A DNA stretch of 64,000 nt, taken from the NCBI GenBank assembly GCA_001817065.1, contig MHHQ01000005.1, positions 18,651 to 82,650 on the forward strand, given 5' to 3'. The stretch comes from Candidatus Andersenbacteria bacterium RIFCSPHIGHO2_02_FULL_46_16 (lineage in GTDB: Bacteria > Patescibacteriota > Andersenbacteria > UBA10190). The translations under genes were made by a program, and so were the position numbers. The notes below the pieces were generated by a model. It did no database searches. It was not told where the DNA came from and saw only the letters and a program-made list of their open reading frames with translations. This document shows, in pieces, positions 19,225-28,360 of this stretch; the first letter of the stretch is position 1, and every line of letters begins with the position of its first letter.

Positions 19225-20079
19225 ATGAACATCTACGGTAATTTAACCGATATCAACTATTTAAAAAGCCGTTTAAAGCGAGCCGGTATTAAACCGCAAC
19301 GATCTGCCGGACAAAACTTCTTAATTTGCCCGGAGGTAGTGGAGGCGACGGTGATGGCAATAACAGGCGGACCCAAAAAGATTACAGAATTAGGAGCTGG
19401 CGTGGGGACTTTGACCGTCGCCTTGTTAGCAGCTGGCTTTGCAGTGAAGGCAATTGAAAGAGAGCAACAATTGGCTAAGGCAATAACAAAAGAAGTTCCT
19501 AGCCCAGGCCGGGCTAATTTAAAATTAGAGACAGGTGATTTGCGAAAGGTTGATTGGCGCTGGAGTGAGGACGGATCAATAGAGCAAAAATTTCAATTGG
19601 TGGGAAACATTCCATATAATTTATCCGGCTTGATAATTCGTCGTCTCGTGCAATTGGAGCCACAACCGGAAAGGGTGGTGTTAATGGTGCAGTGGGAAGT
19701 AGGGGAGCGCATCGTTGCCCAACCGCCCAAGATGGGACTGCTTGGTTTAGCAGTTAGTTTATGGGGTAAGTCGGATATTATTGTTAGGGTTCCAGCGGAT
19801 TGCTTCTGGCCTAAACCTAAAGTAGGGTCGTGCTTGATCATGCTATCTCCACATGGGGAGAGTAGGATAAAGACAGAGGAAAGAGAAAAGGTTATGGCAG
19901 TAGCTAAACCGTTTTTCATGGCTAAGCGGAAACAAATGGCTGGAGTATTAAAACAGAACTATAAACTGATGACTCGAGAGGAGGCAGAAATGACGCTTAA
20001 AAAAGCAAATATAAAAGGAACACAGAGACCGCAGGAAGTTGCTGTAGAGCAATGGCGAGCATTGGCGAGTGTGTTATGA
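19225..20079 (+). CDS. rsmA: 16S rRNA (adenine1518/1519-N6)-dimethyltransferase
   Basis: 'GQNFLI', SAM motif 'ELGAGVGTLT', 'VGNIPYNLS'. Confidence 0.85.
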   Translation: MNIYGNLTDINYLKSRLKRAGIKPQRSAGQNFLICPEVVEATVMAITGGPKKITELGAGVGTLTVALLAAGFAVKAIEREQQLAKAITKEVPSPGRANLKLETGDLRKVDWRWSEDGSIEQKFQLVGNIPYNLSGLIIRRLVQLEPQPERVVLMVQWEVGERIVAQPPKMGLLGLAVSLWGKSDIIVRVPADCFWPKPKVGSCLIMLSPHGESRIKTEEREKVMAVAKPFFMAKRKQMAGVLKQNYKLMTREEAEMTLKKANIKGTQRPQEVAVEQWRALASVL

Positions 20080-20142
20080 TTAGGAAGTAACAATATGATC
20101 GTTAAATTGTTTTAAGAACACTGGGGTGATGACGGACTAAAT

Positions 20143-21135
20143 ATGCCAAAGGTTATAATTATCATAATATTTGCAGTTTTGGTACTGGGCATTATATTGG
20201 GTGGGTCTTTTTTAGTGTGGCAACAATTTGGTGGATCTAATACGGCAGGAGAAACGCCGATCCAGGATAACACCGGCGCTTTGTTTGGCACATTACCGTC
20301 CGCGGAACAGACCCAGAACCAACCGACCGATGGAGCCTTACTTGATACGGGAGATAACGATCAAGACGGTTTAACAAATAGCGAGGAGCAGGTTTGGGGG
20401 ACGGACATTAATAATCCCGATACCGATGGGGACGGTTATTTAGACGGAGAGGAAGTAGTGGCAAACCATGATCCAAATAAACCCGCACCGGATGATTTAT
20501 TGGCGCCAACCCAGACTACCCAACTTACCGCAAACCAAGTACCAGCACCGCTGACTAATTTGACGACTGCCAGTATTGAACGATTCTTTGCAGACGATGT
20601 GGATTTATCCGGAGAACCAATAAATTTAACTACCGAGTATAACAACCAATACGCGGAGACTGATCGTTCCCCGGCAACCATGAGCGAATTTGCGGCAAGA
20701 CAAGTCGTCATTACAAAATTACCCAGACCGCAGGATAGCGCGCTGCCTGAGACCAAAGAAACAACGCCGGCATTGGTTGAGCAATACCTAACAATTGCCA
20801 ACAACCCCTCAGCGTTAGCTAATTCCAGTATTTATTCGGACGCACAGTTTGAGCTTTATCGAAACAACAACGCTGGCGCGATGAGCAATATTGCCAATAC
20901 AGTAAGATCGTATCGAACAGGTTTACAAAATGCGTCGGTGCCGGCGATAGCAGCACCCGTCCATATTTTGCTATTAGGATATACAGAGCTGCTGACGAAT
21001 ACTTTTGAGAAAATAGCTTTATGGAACGAGGATCCGGTGACGTCGATGGTTGCATCAAGACAATTAGAGGCGATAGACAGAACATATTATCCAATTATTC
21101 AAAATGAACTGCAGCGCCTGGAGGCTTTGCAGTAG
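20143..21135 (+). CDS. N-terminally membrane-anchored protein with thrombospondin type-3-like Ca-binding repeats
   Basis: TM anchor 'IIIIIFAVLVLGIILGG', then 'DTGDNDQDGLTNSEE…DTDGDGYLDGEE' (DxDxDGxxDxxE repeats). Confidence 0.55.
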   Translation: MPKVIIIIIFAVLVLGIILGGSFLVWQQFGGSNTAGETPIQDNTGALFGTLPSAEQTQNQPTDGALLDTGDNDQDGLTNSEEQVWGTDINNPDTDGDGYLDGEEVVANHDPNKPAPDDLLAPTQTTQLTANQVPAPLTNLTTASIERFFADDVDLSGEPINLTTEYNNQYAETDRSPATMSEFAARQVVITKLPRPQDSALPETKETTPALVEQYLTIANNPSALANSSIYSDAQFELYRNNNAGAMSNIANTVRSYRTGLQNASVPAIAAPVHILLLGYTELLTNTFEKIALWNEDPVTSMVASRQLEAIDRTYYPIIQNELQRLEALQ

Positions 21136-21144
21136 TGATAAGCT

Positions 21145-24100
21145 ATGACAATTCCAGTTTGGGGGCTGCTCGGTGTTTTTACTTCGACATTTGTGGCGCC
21201 ATTTGTAAGTGCTGTGGCACCAATCCCGCTCGCCCTACCGCAAACGGTTCGCTATGACGAATATATAGCCAATCAAATTGCCCGGGCGGAATTTTCTAGT
21301 GATCCACAACATTTATTATCAATATATAAGACAGCGGGTCAGGCGGAAGGACGGAAAGGAGAGCAAGGGCCCTTCATCACAGCTTTTATTTATAGCGGCA
21401 GTACTTGCAGCACTATTGGAGACGAGCAAAGTTATCGGATTGTACTACACAATATCGGCAATGAAACAGCTCAATCGATATCGGTGCAGAATTTGTACCC
21501 GGAATACACTAGCTTACTGAGGGCTGAACCAGAAGCCGAACATGACTCTACACAAAGATTGTTGACGTGGGGGGGGCAAGAATTAGCTAGCGGCGGCACG
21601 CTTACTTTCTACTTCAGCGTTAAAACAGAACAAGCAGCCGCGGGTTATCTCGATAACCTAACAGTCTATTACGGAGGAGGGGATAACGGTATGAAAGTTA
21701 CTATTGGCGAGCGGGCATTGTCGGGTGTTTGTACGGTAACAGACAGTATTAGAAGTTTTATAGCTGGCCGAGCGGCCCCTAAACCAGCGATTCTTTGTGA
21801 TCCAGCAGAACAAGGATGCTCCTCGAATTATCAAGGAGTAGGGCTGGGCCCTAATTACCGACGAGCCTTGCAACCGGGGAATCAACCTACCATCTGCTCG
21901 CTACATGACAAACAACTACGGCAAGGCCAAGTGATACCGTGTAGAGATAATCTGCCGCAATTAGGCCCCATGTTTGCTGAGGCGATGGCTGATATTCTAC
22001 CGGGGGAGTGCCGAACGTTAGAAGATAATCGTGTGGTTCAACCGGGTATGAACGATGCTTTGAATCGTCGAAGTAAACCGGCGGCTTATTACATGGGCCC
22101 ATTAAATGGTGTCGCTGTATATGAGAGCGGCAATGACTTTAAAAGAGTGGTGCATGAGAATTCTTTACTAGGCATCAAGAATCTGGACGGGGTTCGTGAT
22201 GTTTTAATGCCAGTGCATATAAGTAACTGGGGAGAATTTGTGAAGATAGCCCGTAATGTTTACTCGGGCAGCATGGATCCCGATGCAGCCGTGGCGGACA
22301 TGCAAGGGAGAAAGGCTACATGGGAAAGTAATGTTCAGTCACAGCATTCCTCACTTAATACCGCCTATGCCGTAGTGCAGAACGCACGAAAAAATAATTT
22401 TAAAAGCATTCTGTGCGGTGGATCCAATTTGTCTGATGTAAATACATGTAAACTGCTGTCCAATGCGCAGAGTACCATTCGCGCTGCCTGTTGTGGTTTA
22501 GAGATTTTGCTGCAAACACGGGCAGATCTGGCTAAGGGTATTATCCCAGCTATACCTTATGACTGTCCCAAGGCCAGAGCGTTTGGAACCGGGGGTTTGG
22601 AAACCGGGTTACCGCAAGTATATGCGGCCTATGAAGAAAGCCTGAACAGCAGCTCTTTCCCGGCAGCTCAAAACAAGAGCTTGAATGATTATTCCCTAAT
22701 GCTAGATAGCTGGGAAAGCAGATTCGTCCCGGCAATTGATAAATATAAGTCAGGCGACAAAGAAGCAATGGTTCAATTTATCAATAAGATGCAAGAAGAT
22801 CAGGTGACAGTATTCGCGAATAGTCTAATGAAGGCTTATCGAGAACAGATGTTGGTTGATATTAATAATGACAATAAAATTCGTTTGGGTATCTATGAGG
22901 ACAAATTAAATAAACCAAAGGAAATCGCTACTTCTTGCGCTAAAGAACTGCCCAACGAATATGATACACCGGACATCCGGTCGGTGGAATTAACGATGTG
23001 CGAAAACGGCACGCCATCACAACCAGTGGTCGCTGAGGTAAACTTGCGGGAAGAAACAAATGAAATTTATTCTCGCCAGCCGATTGCCCCGCCGCTGATT
23101 ACTCAGGTACAGGTTACTATAGACCAACGGATGACTTTTGGTTCATCATGTTCCGGCCGGCCAGGGGACCCTTGGTGGGCAGCGGATTGTTCGTGTGATT
23201 GCGGTCAGGTTGTCCCGGTTTCCGAAGGCAGCTTACAGTTTTGCATGGCCGGACAGGGGTATTATACGGTGGGCGGTTTACCGCCACCGCCGGGATGGCC
23301 AAGACCAGATTACTTACCTCCCGGAATTCCAGAACCATACGTCTATAACAATGTGCCTAATAGCTTGGCAGGCTGGTGGCAAGCGATTAAATATTCAAGC
23401 CGACAGGGGCTGGTGGAATTTAGTATTAATAGAGTCGAAACGAAAAGCTTATCGCTGAAAAAGGCAACTGTGCTTTCATGGATTGGTGAAAAATTTGTAC
23501 AACCCGTTATGGCTCAAGTGGGGATAACTTCTCCGTTGTCTTCACCGCCGATGCCACCCGATCCACCGCCACTAGATCCCCTAGAAACTTTGCCAGCCGG
23601 CACATGCGGTGACGGAACAATAGACGCAAATGAGAGTTGTGACGCAGCAGCAGTACCAAACGGATGTCCTGCAGATAGCATTTGCAGTCTTTGTATATGT
23701 ACGATGGGTGCACCGTCAGTAACTCCTGTGTTTATTCCGACACAAGGAGTGTCTCCGGCGATGTCTCCAGTTAGTCCAGTACCTTCGGTCTCGCCAGCAG
23801 CATCAGCTTCTATACAGCCGACTATCACACCCAGTCCGTCTCCGCTGATTCCACCGACGGTCCCAATTGATCCAACACCGCCGATTACTCCGACAATCCC
23901 GCCCACTGTAACCCCAATGGTAACGTTAGAGCCACCCAGCTTAGCTCCGTCGACAGAAGCCTCTCCAGCTAGTCCGGCACCTACATTATCTCCGGCTGTT
24001 ACACCAACAATAGCTATATCGCCAAGTCCGTCTCCACTGATTACACCGACGGTCCCAATTGATCCAACACCGCCGATTCCTCCGACAGTGCTGCCCACGG

Positions 24101-24567
24101 TAAGTCCAATGGCATCTAGGTCACCTTCACCACTAATTAGCCAGTCACCGTCGCCGAGCCCATCTTCTTTGATGTCTCCATCGCCATCTTTGCCCCCCTG
24201 CCCCTCCGCGAGCCCGCAACCTAGTGTCAACCCGTCACCCAATATTAGCCCCTCTCCCTCCTCATTGCCTTTACCATCCACCAGCATCCAATCACCATCT
24301 CCGGAAATTGTTAATCCAATTGTCTGGCATGATATCTGGGTAACTTCGAAGGCAGAATGCTTAGCTAATTTCCAAGGCTGTCATCATTTCAATCCGAGCG
24401 GTAGTTGTGTAGAAGAGCCGTCACCACCGCCACCTCCACCTCCCTCGCCGGAGATTTCTCCCTCATCACCACCTCCCTCGCCGTCAACAAAACAGAGCCC
24501 GCAGCCATCCCCTGTGGTTTCGCCAAAGCTGTGCGTGAACCCCGACGGAACAGTTGTTTATTATTAA
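21145..24567 (+). CDS. Giant secreted surface protein with Myxococcus-type Cys-rich motif and C-terminal Pro/Thr/Ser-rich tandem repeats
   Basis: 1140 aa with a signal peptide. 'CGDGTIDANESCDAAAVPNGCPADSICSLCIC' motif. Duplicated block 'SPSPSPLI(P/T)PTVPIDPTPPI(T/P)PT…'. Poly-Pro C-terminus. Confidence 0.6.
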   Translation: MTIPVWGLLGVFTSTFVAPFVSAVAPIPLALPQTVRYDEYIANQIARAEFSSDPQHLLSIYKTAGQAEGRKGEQGPFITAFIYSGSTCSTIGDEQSYRIVLHNIGNETAQSISVQNLYPEYTSLLRAEPEAEHDSTQRLLTWGGQELASGGTLTFYFSVKTEQAAAGYLDNLTVYYGGGDNGMKVTIGERALSGVCTVTDSIRSFIAGRAAPKPAILCDPAEQGCSSNYQGVGLGPNYRRALQPGNQPTICSLHDKQLRQGQVIPCRDNLPQLGPMFAEAMADILPGECRTLEDNRVVQPGMNDALNRRSKPAAYYMGPLNGVAVYESGNDFKRVVHENSLLGIKNLDGVRDVLMPVHISNWGEFVKIARNVYSGSMDPDAAVADMQGRKATWESNVQSQHSSLNTAYAVVQNARKNNFKSILCGGSNLSDVNTCKLLSNAQSTIRAACCGLEILLQTRADLAKGIIPAIPYDCPKARAFGTGGLETGLPQVYAAYEESLNSSSFPAAQNKSLNDYSLMLDSWESRFVPAIDKYKSGDKEAMVQFINKMQEDQVTVFANSLMKAYREQMLVDINNDNKIRLGIYEDKLNKPKEIATSCAKELPNEYDTPDIRSVELTMCENGTPSQPVVAEVNLREETNEIYSRQPIAPPLITQVQVTIDQRMTFGSSCSGRPGDPWWAADCSCDCGQVVPVSEGSLQFCMAGQGYYTVGGLPPPPGWPRPDYLPPGIPEPYVYNNVPNSLAGWWQAIKYSSRQGLVEFSINRVETKSLSLKKATVLSWIGEKFVQPVMAQVGITSPLSSPPMPPDPPPLDPLETLPAGTCGDGTIDANESCDAAAVPNGCPADSICSLCICTMGAPSVTPVFIPTQGVSPAMSPVSPVPSVSPAASASIQPTITPSPSPLIPPTVPIDPTPPITPTIPPTVTPMVTLEPPSLAPSTEASPASPAPTLSPAVTPTIAISPSPSPLITPTVPIDPTPPIPPTVLPTVSPMASRSPSPLISQSPSPSPSSLMSPSPSLPPCPSASPQPSVNPSPNISPSPSSLPLPSTSIQSPSPEIVNPIVWHDIWVTSKAECLANFQGCHHFNPSGSCVEEPSPPPPPPPSPEISPSSPPPSPSTKQSPQPSPVVSPKLCVNPDGTVVYY

Positions 24568-24626
24568 TTTTTCTGAGGTCACCTTGTTAGTTAAATAATA
24601 TAAGATATAATAATTAAATAATCATT

Positions 24627-25367
24627 ATGAATGAAACAACAGAAGGAAATAACCCGTATCAATCACCGGTAGGAGATCCATTAGACCAGCGTTCGCCGCT
24701 GGGGGAGGAGGTAGAGCGAACGGGTCTTCGAATAGCGGTGGTAGTAGCGGTAGTTATATTAGTACTATTTGGGTTGTATTGGGGTGGTAAATTGCTGTTA
24801 ATGCCAGGAGAAAAGGAGACTCCTGGGGGGCAAGGTGGCGTAGAGGTTTCGGTGGGATCGAAATGCAGTGATCCAACTGTTTATACGGACATTAATGTGG
24901 CATTAAGTAACGCGGGAGCAGTGTGCAAGATAGATTTGAGCGGACAAAATTTACCGTCACTGCCTATTTCGATTGGCTATTTTTCAAACTTAGTAGAACT
25001 AGATGTAAGTAATAATGAAATCTCTTGGCTGCCATCGGAGATAGGGTGGCTACAAAAGTTAGAGAAATTTGATACCAGTAATAATAAACTGCCTTCTTTA
25101 GCGCTAGAAATAGGGTGGCTTCGCAAGTTGAAGGAATGGAATTTATCGAACAACCAACTCACTTGGTTACCAAGTGAAATTGGCTGGTTAGTAGAGATGG
25201 AGAATTTGAACTTGTCTAATAACCAACTTAGTGCTGTTCCAATAGATTTAGGTTGGATGGCTAAGATGCAAAAATTAGATTTGTCTGGCAACCCTCCGGA
25301 AGTGGCAGCGTCTGCCGACAGACTGAGGCCTTATATGGCCGGTGCAAATATTGTTTTACCGCAGTAG
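24627..25367 (+). CDS. Membrane-anchored leucine-rich repeat (LRR) protein
   Basis: Anchor 'VVILVLFGLYWGG', then about 8 LRRs ('LDVSNNEISWLPSEIGWLQKLEKFDTSNNKL…'). Confidence 0.7.
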   Translation: MNETTEGNNPYQSPVGDPLDQRSPLGEEVERTGLRIAVVVAVVILVLFGLYWGGKLLLMPGEKETPGGQGGVEVSVGSKCSDPTVYTDINVALSNAGAVCKIDLSGQNLPSLPISIGYFSNLVELDVSNNEISWLPSEIGWLQKLEKFDTSNNKLPSLALEIGWLRKLKEWNLSNNQLTWLPSEIGWLVEMENLNLSNNQLSAVPIDLGWMAKMQKLDLSGNPPEVAASADRLRPYMAGANIVLPQ

Positions 25368-25382
25368 TTGTAAACCCCCACA

Positions 25383-25408
25383 CCCTAGCCTAAAGGCCAG
25401 GGCTTTTT
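25383..25408 (+). terminator. Rho-independent terminator after the LRR gene
   Basis: CCCTAGCC-TAAA-GGCCAGGG stem-loop followed by CTTTTT. Nested inside a larger inverted repeat, 25375-25385 against 25463-25473. Confidence 0.55.
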
Positions 25409-25613
25409 AGCGGAGCTAATATAAAAACCGTTCATCACCGGCCTTAAAGGCCGGCGCTTCTTGGGTGTGGGGGTAAAATTTGGCTGGCTCAATGTTCAAC
25501 CTGGTGCATGTCAGGCGGTGTTGATTTAGCGATGGCTGGACAGTGAACAGATAGTCTTTGATTGCCATGCGCGATAGATTATACTGGAGCTTATTGATGG
25601 ATAATCTTGTACT

Positions 25614-26498
25614 ATGAATCCGATAAATAAAATGGGGTGGCGAGTAGTGGGGATGACGACAGTGGTTGTATTAGTTATAGCTGGGTTATATTGGGGAGGA
25701 CAGAAATGGCTTAAAGGAGACGGTGATCAAACAACGACACCAGGCGGGTCTTTGTCTTTGGCCGATAAAACGCGAGATAGCGATGGCGATGGGATGGCCG
25801 ATTTGTACGAAACAGCTTTCTATAGTACTAATCCCAATAGTGCTGATACAGACGGTGATGGAACGGGTGATCGGGACGAGGTGGTGGCTGGCCGAGATCC
25901 GCTGATTCCAGGTCCAAACGATGTCAGTAAGCCGGCAACGGGTGAGCAAATCACTCAAGTGGACACCTTTACCAAAAAATATTTGGCATCGTTGCCAGAG
26001 GATGTGCCGCGCGAACAGATTCTGGATCAAGTAAGAATAGAAGCGTTCGTCAATGCGAATAAGGGAGCATTGCTGCCACCGGTCACTATAACTACTTCAT
26101 CGAATGAGGGAAAAGAGGCAGTGCAGGCTTACTTGGATGCCGTATCCAGCACACATAATAAAGAGTTGCGTATTGTTACGAGCGCAGATGTTGAGGCGGC
26201 ATTCCGGCTGCTGATTAATACCCAAGACAAGCAGCCAATGCAGGGGATTGTTGATGTTTTACGAAAGAATGTAGTGATACTGCAAAAAGTCACAGCACCG
26301 AACGAGGTAGCAGGCTTGCACGAAAAGATGATCGCAGCGACAACCGCGCTCCAAATCAACAGCGAGGGATTACTTAATATTGACCAGGATTTTGTCGGCG
26401 GTTTGATTGCGGCGAAAAAAATCGAGGAACTAGGTGGGGTGTTTCAGGAGATGGCGACATCGGTTAAGGAATTGGAGACTAAGTATGGATTGGAATAA
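25614..26498 (+). CDS. N-terminally membrane-anchored protein with TSP3-like Ca-binding repeats (paralog of 20143..21135)
   Basis: Anchor 'VVLVIAGLYWGG', then 'DSDGDGMADLYE…DTDGDGTGDRDE'. Same architecture as the 20143 gene. Confidence 0.55.
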   Translation: MNPINKMGWRVVGMTTVVVLVIAGLYWGGQKWLKGDGDQTTTPGGSLSLADKTRDSDGDGMADLYETAFYSTNPNSADTDGDGTGDRDEVVAGRDPLIPGPNDVSKPATGEQITQVDTFTKKYLASLPEDVPREQILDQVRIEAFVNANKGALLPPVTITTSSNEGKEAVQAYLDAVSSTHNKELRIVTSADVEAAFRLLINTQDKQPMQGIVDVLRKNVVILQKVTAPNEVAGLHEKMIAATTALQINSEGLLNIDQDFVGGLIAAKKIEELGGVFQEMATSVKELETKYGLE

Positions 26499-26590
26499 AC
26501 GAAACATGCATAAAACACAGGGGACGAAACATGCACAAAGCACAGAACACAAAACCCAAACAAAGCACAAAACTAACAGACCAAACAAAT
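26499..26590 (+). repeat. A+C-rich strand-biased intergenic repeat (family core CACAAAGC(C/A)CAAACAAA(A/G)CACA)
   Basis: 'gaaacatgcacaaagcacagaacacaaaacccaaacaaagcacaaaac'. The plus strand is almost devoid of G and T. Same family as 30798-31075, 32013-32180 and 33240-33300. Confidence 0.75.
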
Positions 26591-26620
26591 ATACCGGTAA
26601 TTTTTAAGGAAGAATGGAAA

Positions 26621-28360
26621 ATGGAAATAAGGAAACAAGAAAAAGAATATCGGAAAAAACTAAGCGTCGGGGCGCTAGTTTTGGGTTTAGTGGCTTTAAG
26701 CATGACGGCGGACGTACGTGATGCCTGGGCCGATCCGCATGGGATATTTTATACAGCAATCGGGCAACAACAATTGTTTTTTAACGTGTTAGCGGCACTG
26801 GATCAGGCCGACTATGTGGAAACAGCCTTTGATCGAGAAGCGCGCCGAAAAGCCCGGGAAGCAGTATCTGCCGAGCAGCCTTTTGCCAAAGAGACTGAGT
26901 CGGGCGGACGCTTTACAAAAGAAACAGAGGTGGCCAGCGATAGCGGATACTTAACACAGCCCGGCACACCGACATTGCTTAACCGAGCAGTGACTTTGGA
27001 TGGAGCAGACCTGTACACTGATCAGCTAGTGCGGGAATTCGGGGCGGAATCGGCGAGGCGTAACGCGGCAGCGGAGCTGCTGCAGACACTGTGCGCATAT
27101 GGGTTTGGTATTAAGGAATGTGATAATGAAATTAAACCAGGGCTAACACCTGAGCAGAGACAGGCCGAGGTCTTGGCTATGGAGCAGCGCCGGCGTGAAG
27201 CAGTAGTGGTAGATCCGTTGGAGTGGCAAGCTATGCCTGTTTTAAATGGTGTTTTAGCCGCATTGAATTCGGGAACAGAGGAGGATGAGACTGAACGAGC
27301 TTTAAGATGGGTATTTCAGATTAATGAACCATATGCTTTTTCAAACGAAGTGGCGTTATGGCGTCAGCAAATAAACCAACTACCCGAGTTGGAAAGACCA
27401 GCGCATCTGGCAACGCTGCAAGGGATGATTGATGAAGTGGCAACGCAATATATGCCAGATAAATCAGTGTCTTGGCCGTTTTTAGAAATTAAAACCGAGG
27501 CGGACGGAAGTGGCTCTTATAGACATCTTATATGGAACCCTATTAGCGCTTCTGATTGTTGGCCTAATAATAGGCGCACTGTCCCTTGTTTGGAATACAA
27601 CTACGGCGAAGCATTGTCTCAGGCTGGTTTGCCCACAGACGTAGCGTCTTATGTGAAAAGAGTTAATGATGCCATTTTTAGCGATTCGTCAAGACTAAGC
27701 AATGTAGCTTCAGAAGCATTTAAAAGAGTGGAATATCAACAAGGTTTGATAGAAAATGAGGGTTTGTTGGCGGACGCGAACCTAAAAAGCAATCCACCTC
27801 CTTCTCCGTCGCCGGACGTAACGCCGTTATCAAGTTACGGGGAATTATCGTTGCTGATTAATAATCCGGTAGCAGCGCGGAAAGCTAGCGTTTATGGCAT
27901 ACCAAACGTACTGGGGCAACTAGCGACCAGCCAGCAAGCCAGTTCGTTAACAGGCTTGGATAATCCGGGAGGCGTGCAATTAGTGAAAAGAAGCGGCAGC
28001 AGCGGTACGCCGGGGAGCGGAGAGCCGGAATGCAGTAATGGAGTAAATGACGACGGTGATAATTATATTGATTACCCGCTGGATCCGGAATGTGCTAGTG
28101 CAACCGACACTTCAGAAAGCCAGTCGGGACCGCAAGCCGCGGCGAGCAACACCGGCCCGCAGGTGGCTGGAGCGCTGGATTTATTATTTAAGCCCAGTGA
28201 GAATTTCTTTGATAAAGATAAGGATCCGACCTCTCCGTCGGCTAATATAATTTCACCAATACTGGAGTTTGGCGCACGCCATGCCTTGCGGGTAATGACC
28301 GCTGGCAAGTGGCGGCCGGGGACAACTGCTGGTGTTACGTGCGGATTTACGTGTGATTAA
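26621..28360 (+). CDS. Secreted protein with a Cys/Asp-rich 'ECSNGVNDDGDNYIDYPLDPEC' motif, hypothetical
   Basis: The track ORF starts at 26531 inside the CA-rich repeat. The probable true start is ATG 26621, preceded by AAGGAAG, followed by a signal peptide 'LSVGALVLGLVALSMTA'. Confidence 0.55.
   Translation: MEIRKQEKEYRKKLSVGALVLGLVALSMTADVRDAWADPHGIFYTAIGQQQLFFNVLAALDQADYVETAFDREARRKAREAVSAEQPFAKETESGGRFTKETEVASDSGYLTQPGTPTLLNRAVTLDGADLYTDQLVREFGAESARRNAAAELLQTLCAYGFGIKECDNEIKPGLTPEQRQAEVLAMEQRRREAVVVDPLEWQAMPVLNGVLAALNSGTEEDETERALRWVFQINEPYAFSNEVALWRQQINQLPELERPAHLATLQGMIDEVATQYMPDKSVSWPFLEIKTEADGSGSYRHLIWNPISASDCWPNNRRTVPCLEYNYGEALSQAGLPTDVASYVKRVNDAIFSDSSRLSNVASEAFKRVEYQQGLIENEGLLADANLKSNPPPSPSPDVTPLSSYGELSLLINNPVAARKASVYGIPNVLGQLATSQQASSLTGLDNPGGVQLVKRSGSSGTPGSGEPECSNGVNDDGDNYIDYPLDPECASATDTSESQSGPQAAASNTGPQVAGALDLLFKPSENFFDKDKDPTSPSANIISPILEFGARHALRVMTAGKWRPGTTAGVTCGFTCD

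Noticed and set aside
23514-24287. 257-aa minus-strand ORF rich in Gly/Asp/Gly ('GDGLG…')
   Set aside because: It is a shadow of the plus-strand Pro/Thr/Ser-rich repeat region of the giant protein 21145..24567. Low-complexity codons read on the opposite strand give GDG runs, and there is no independent start or RBS context.
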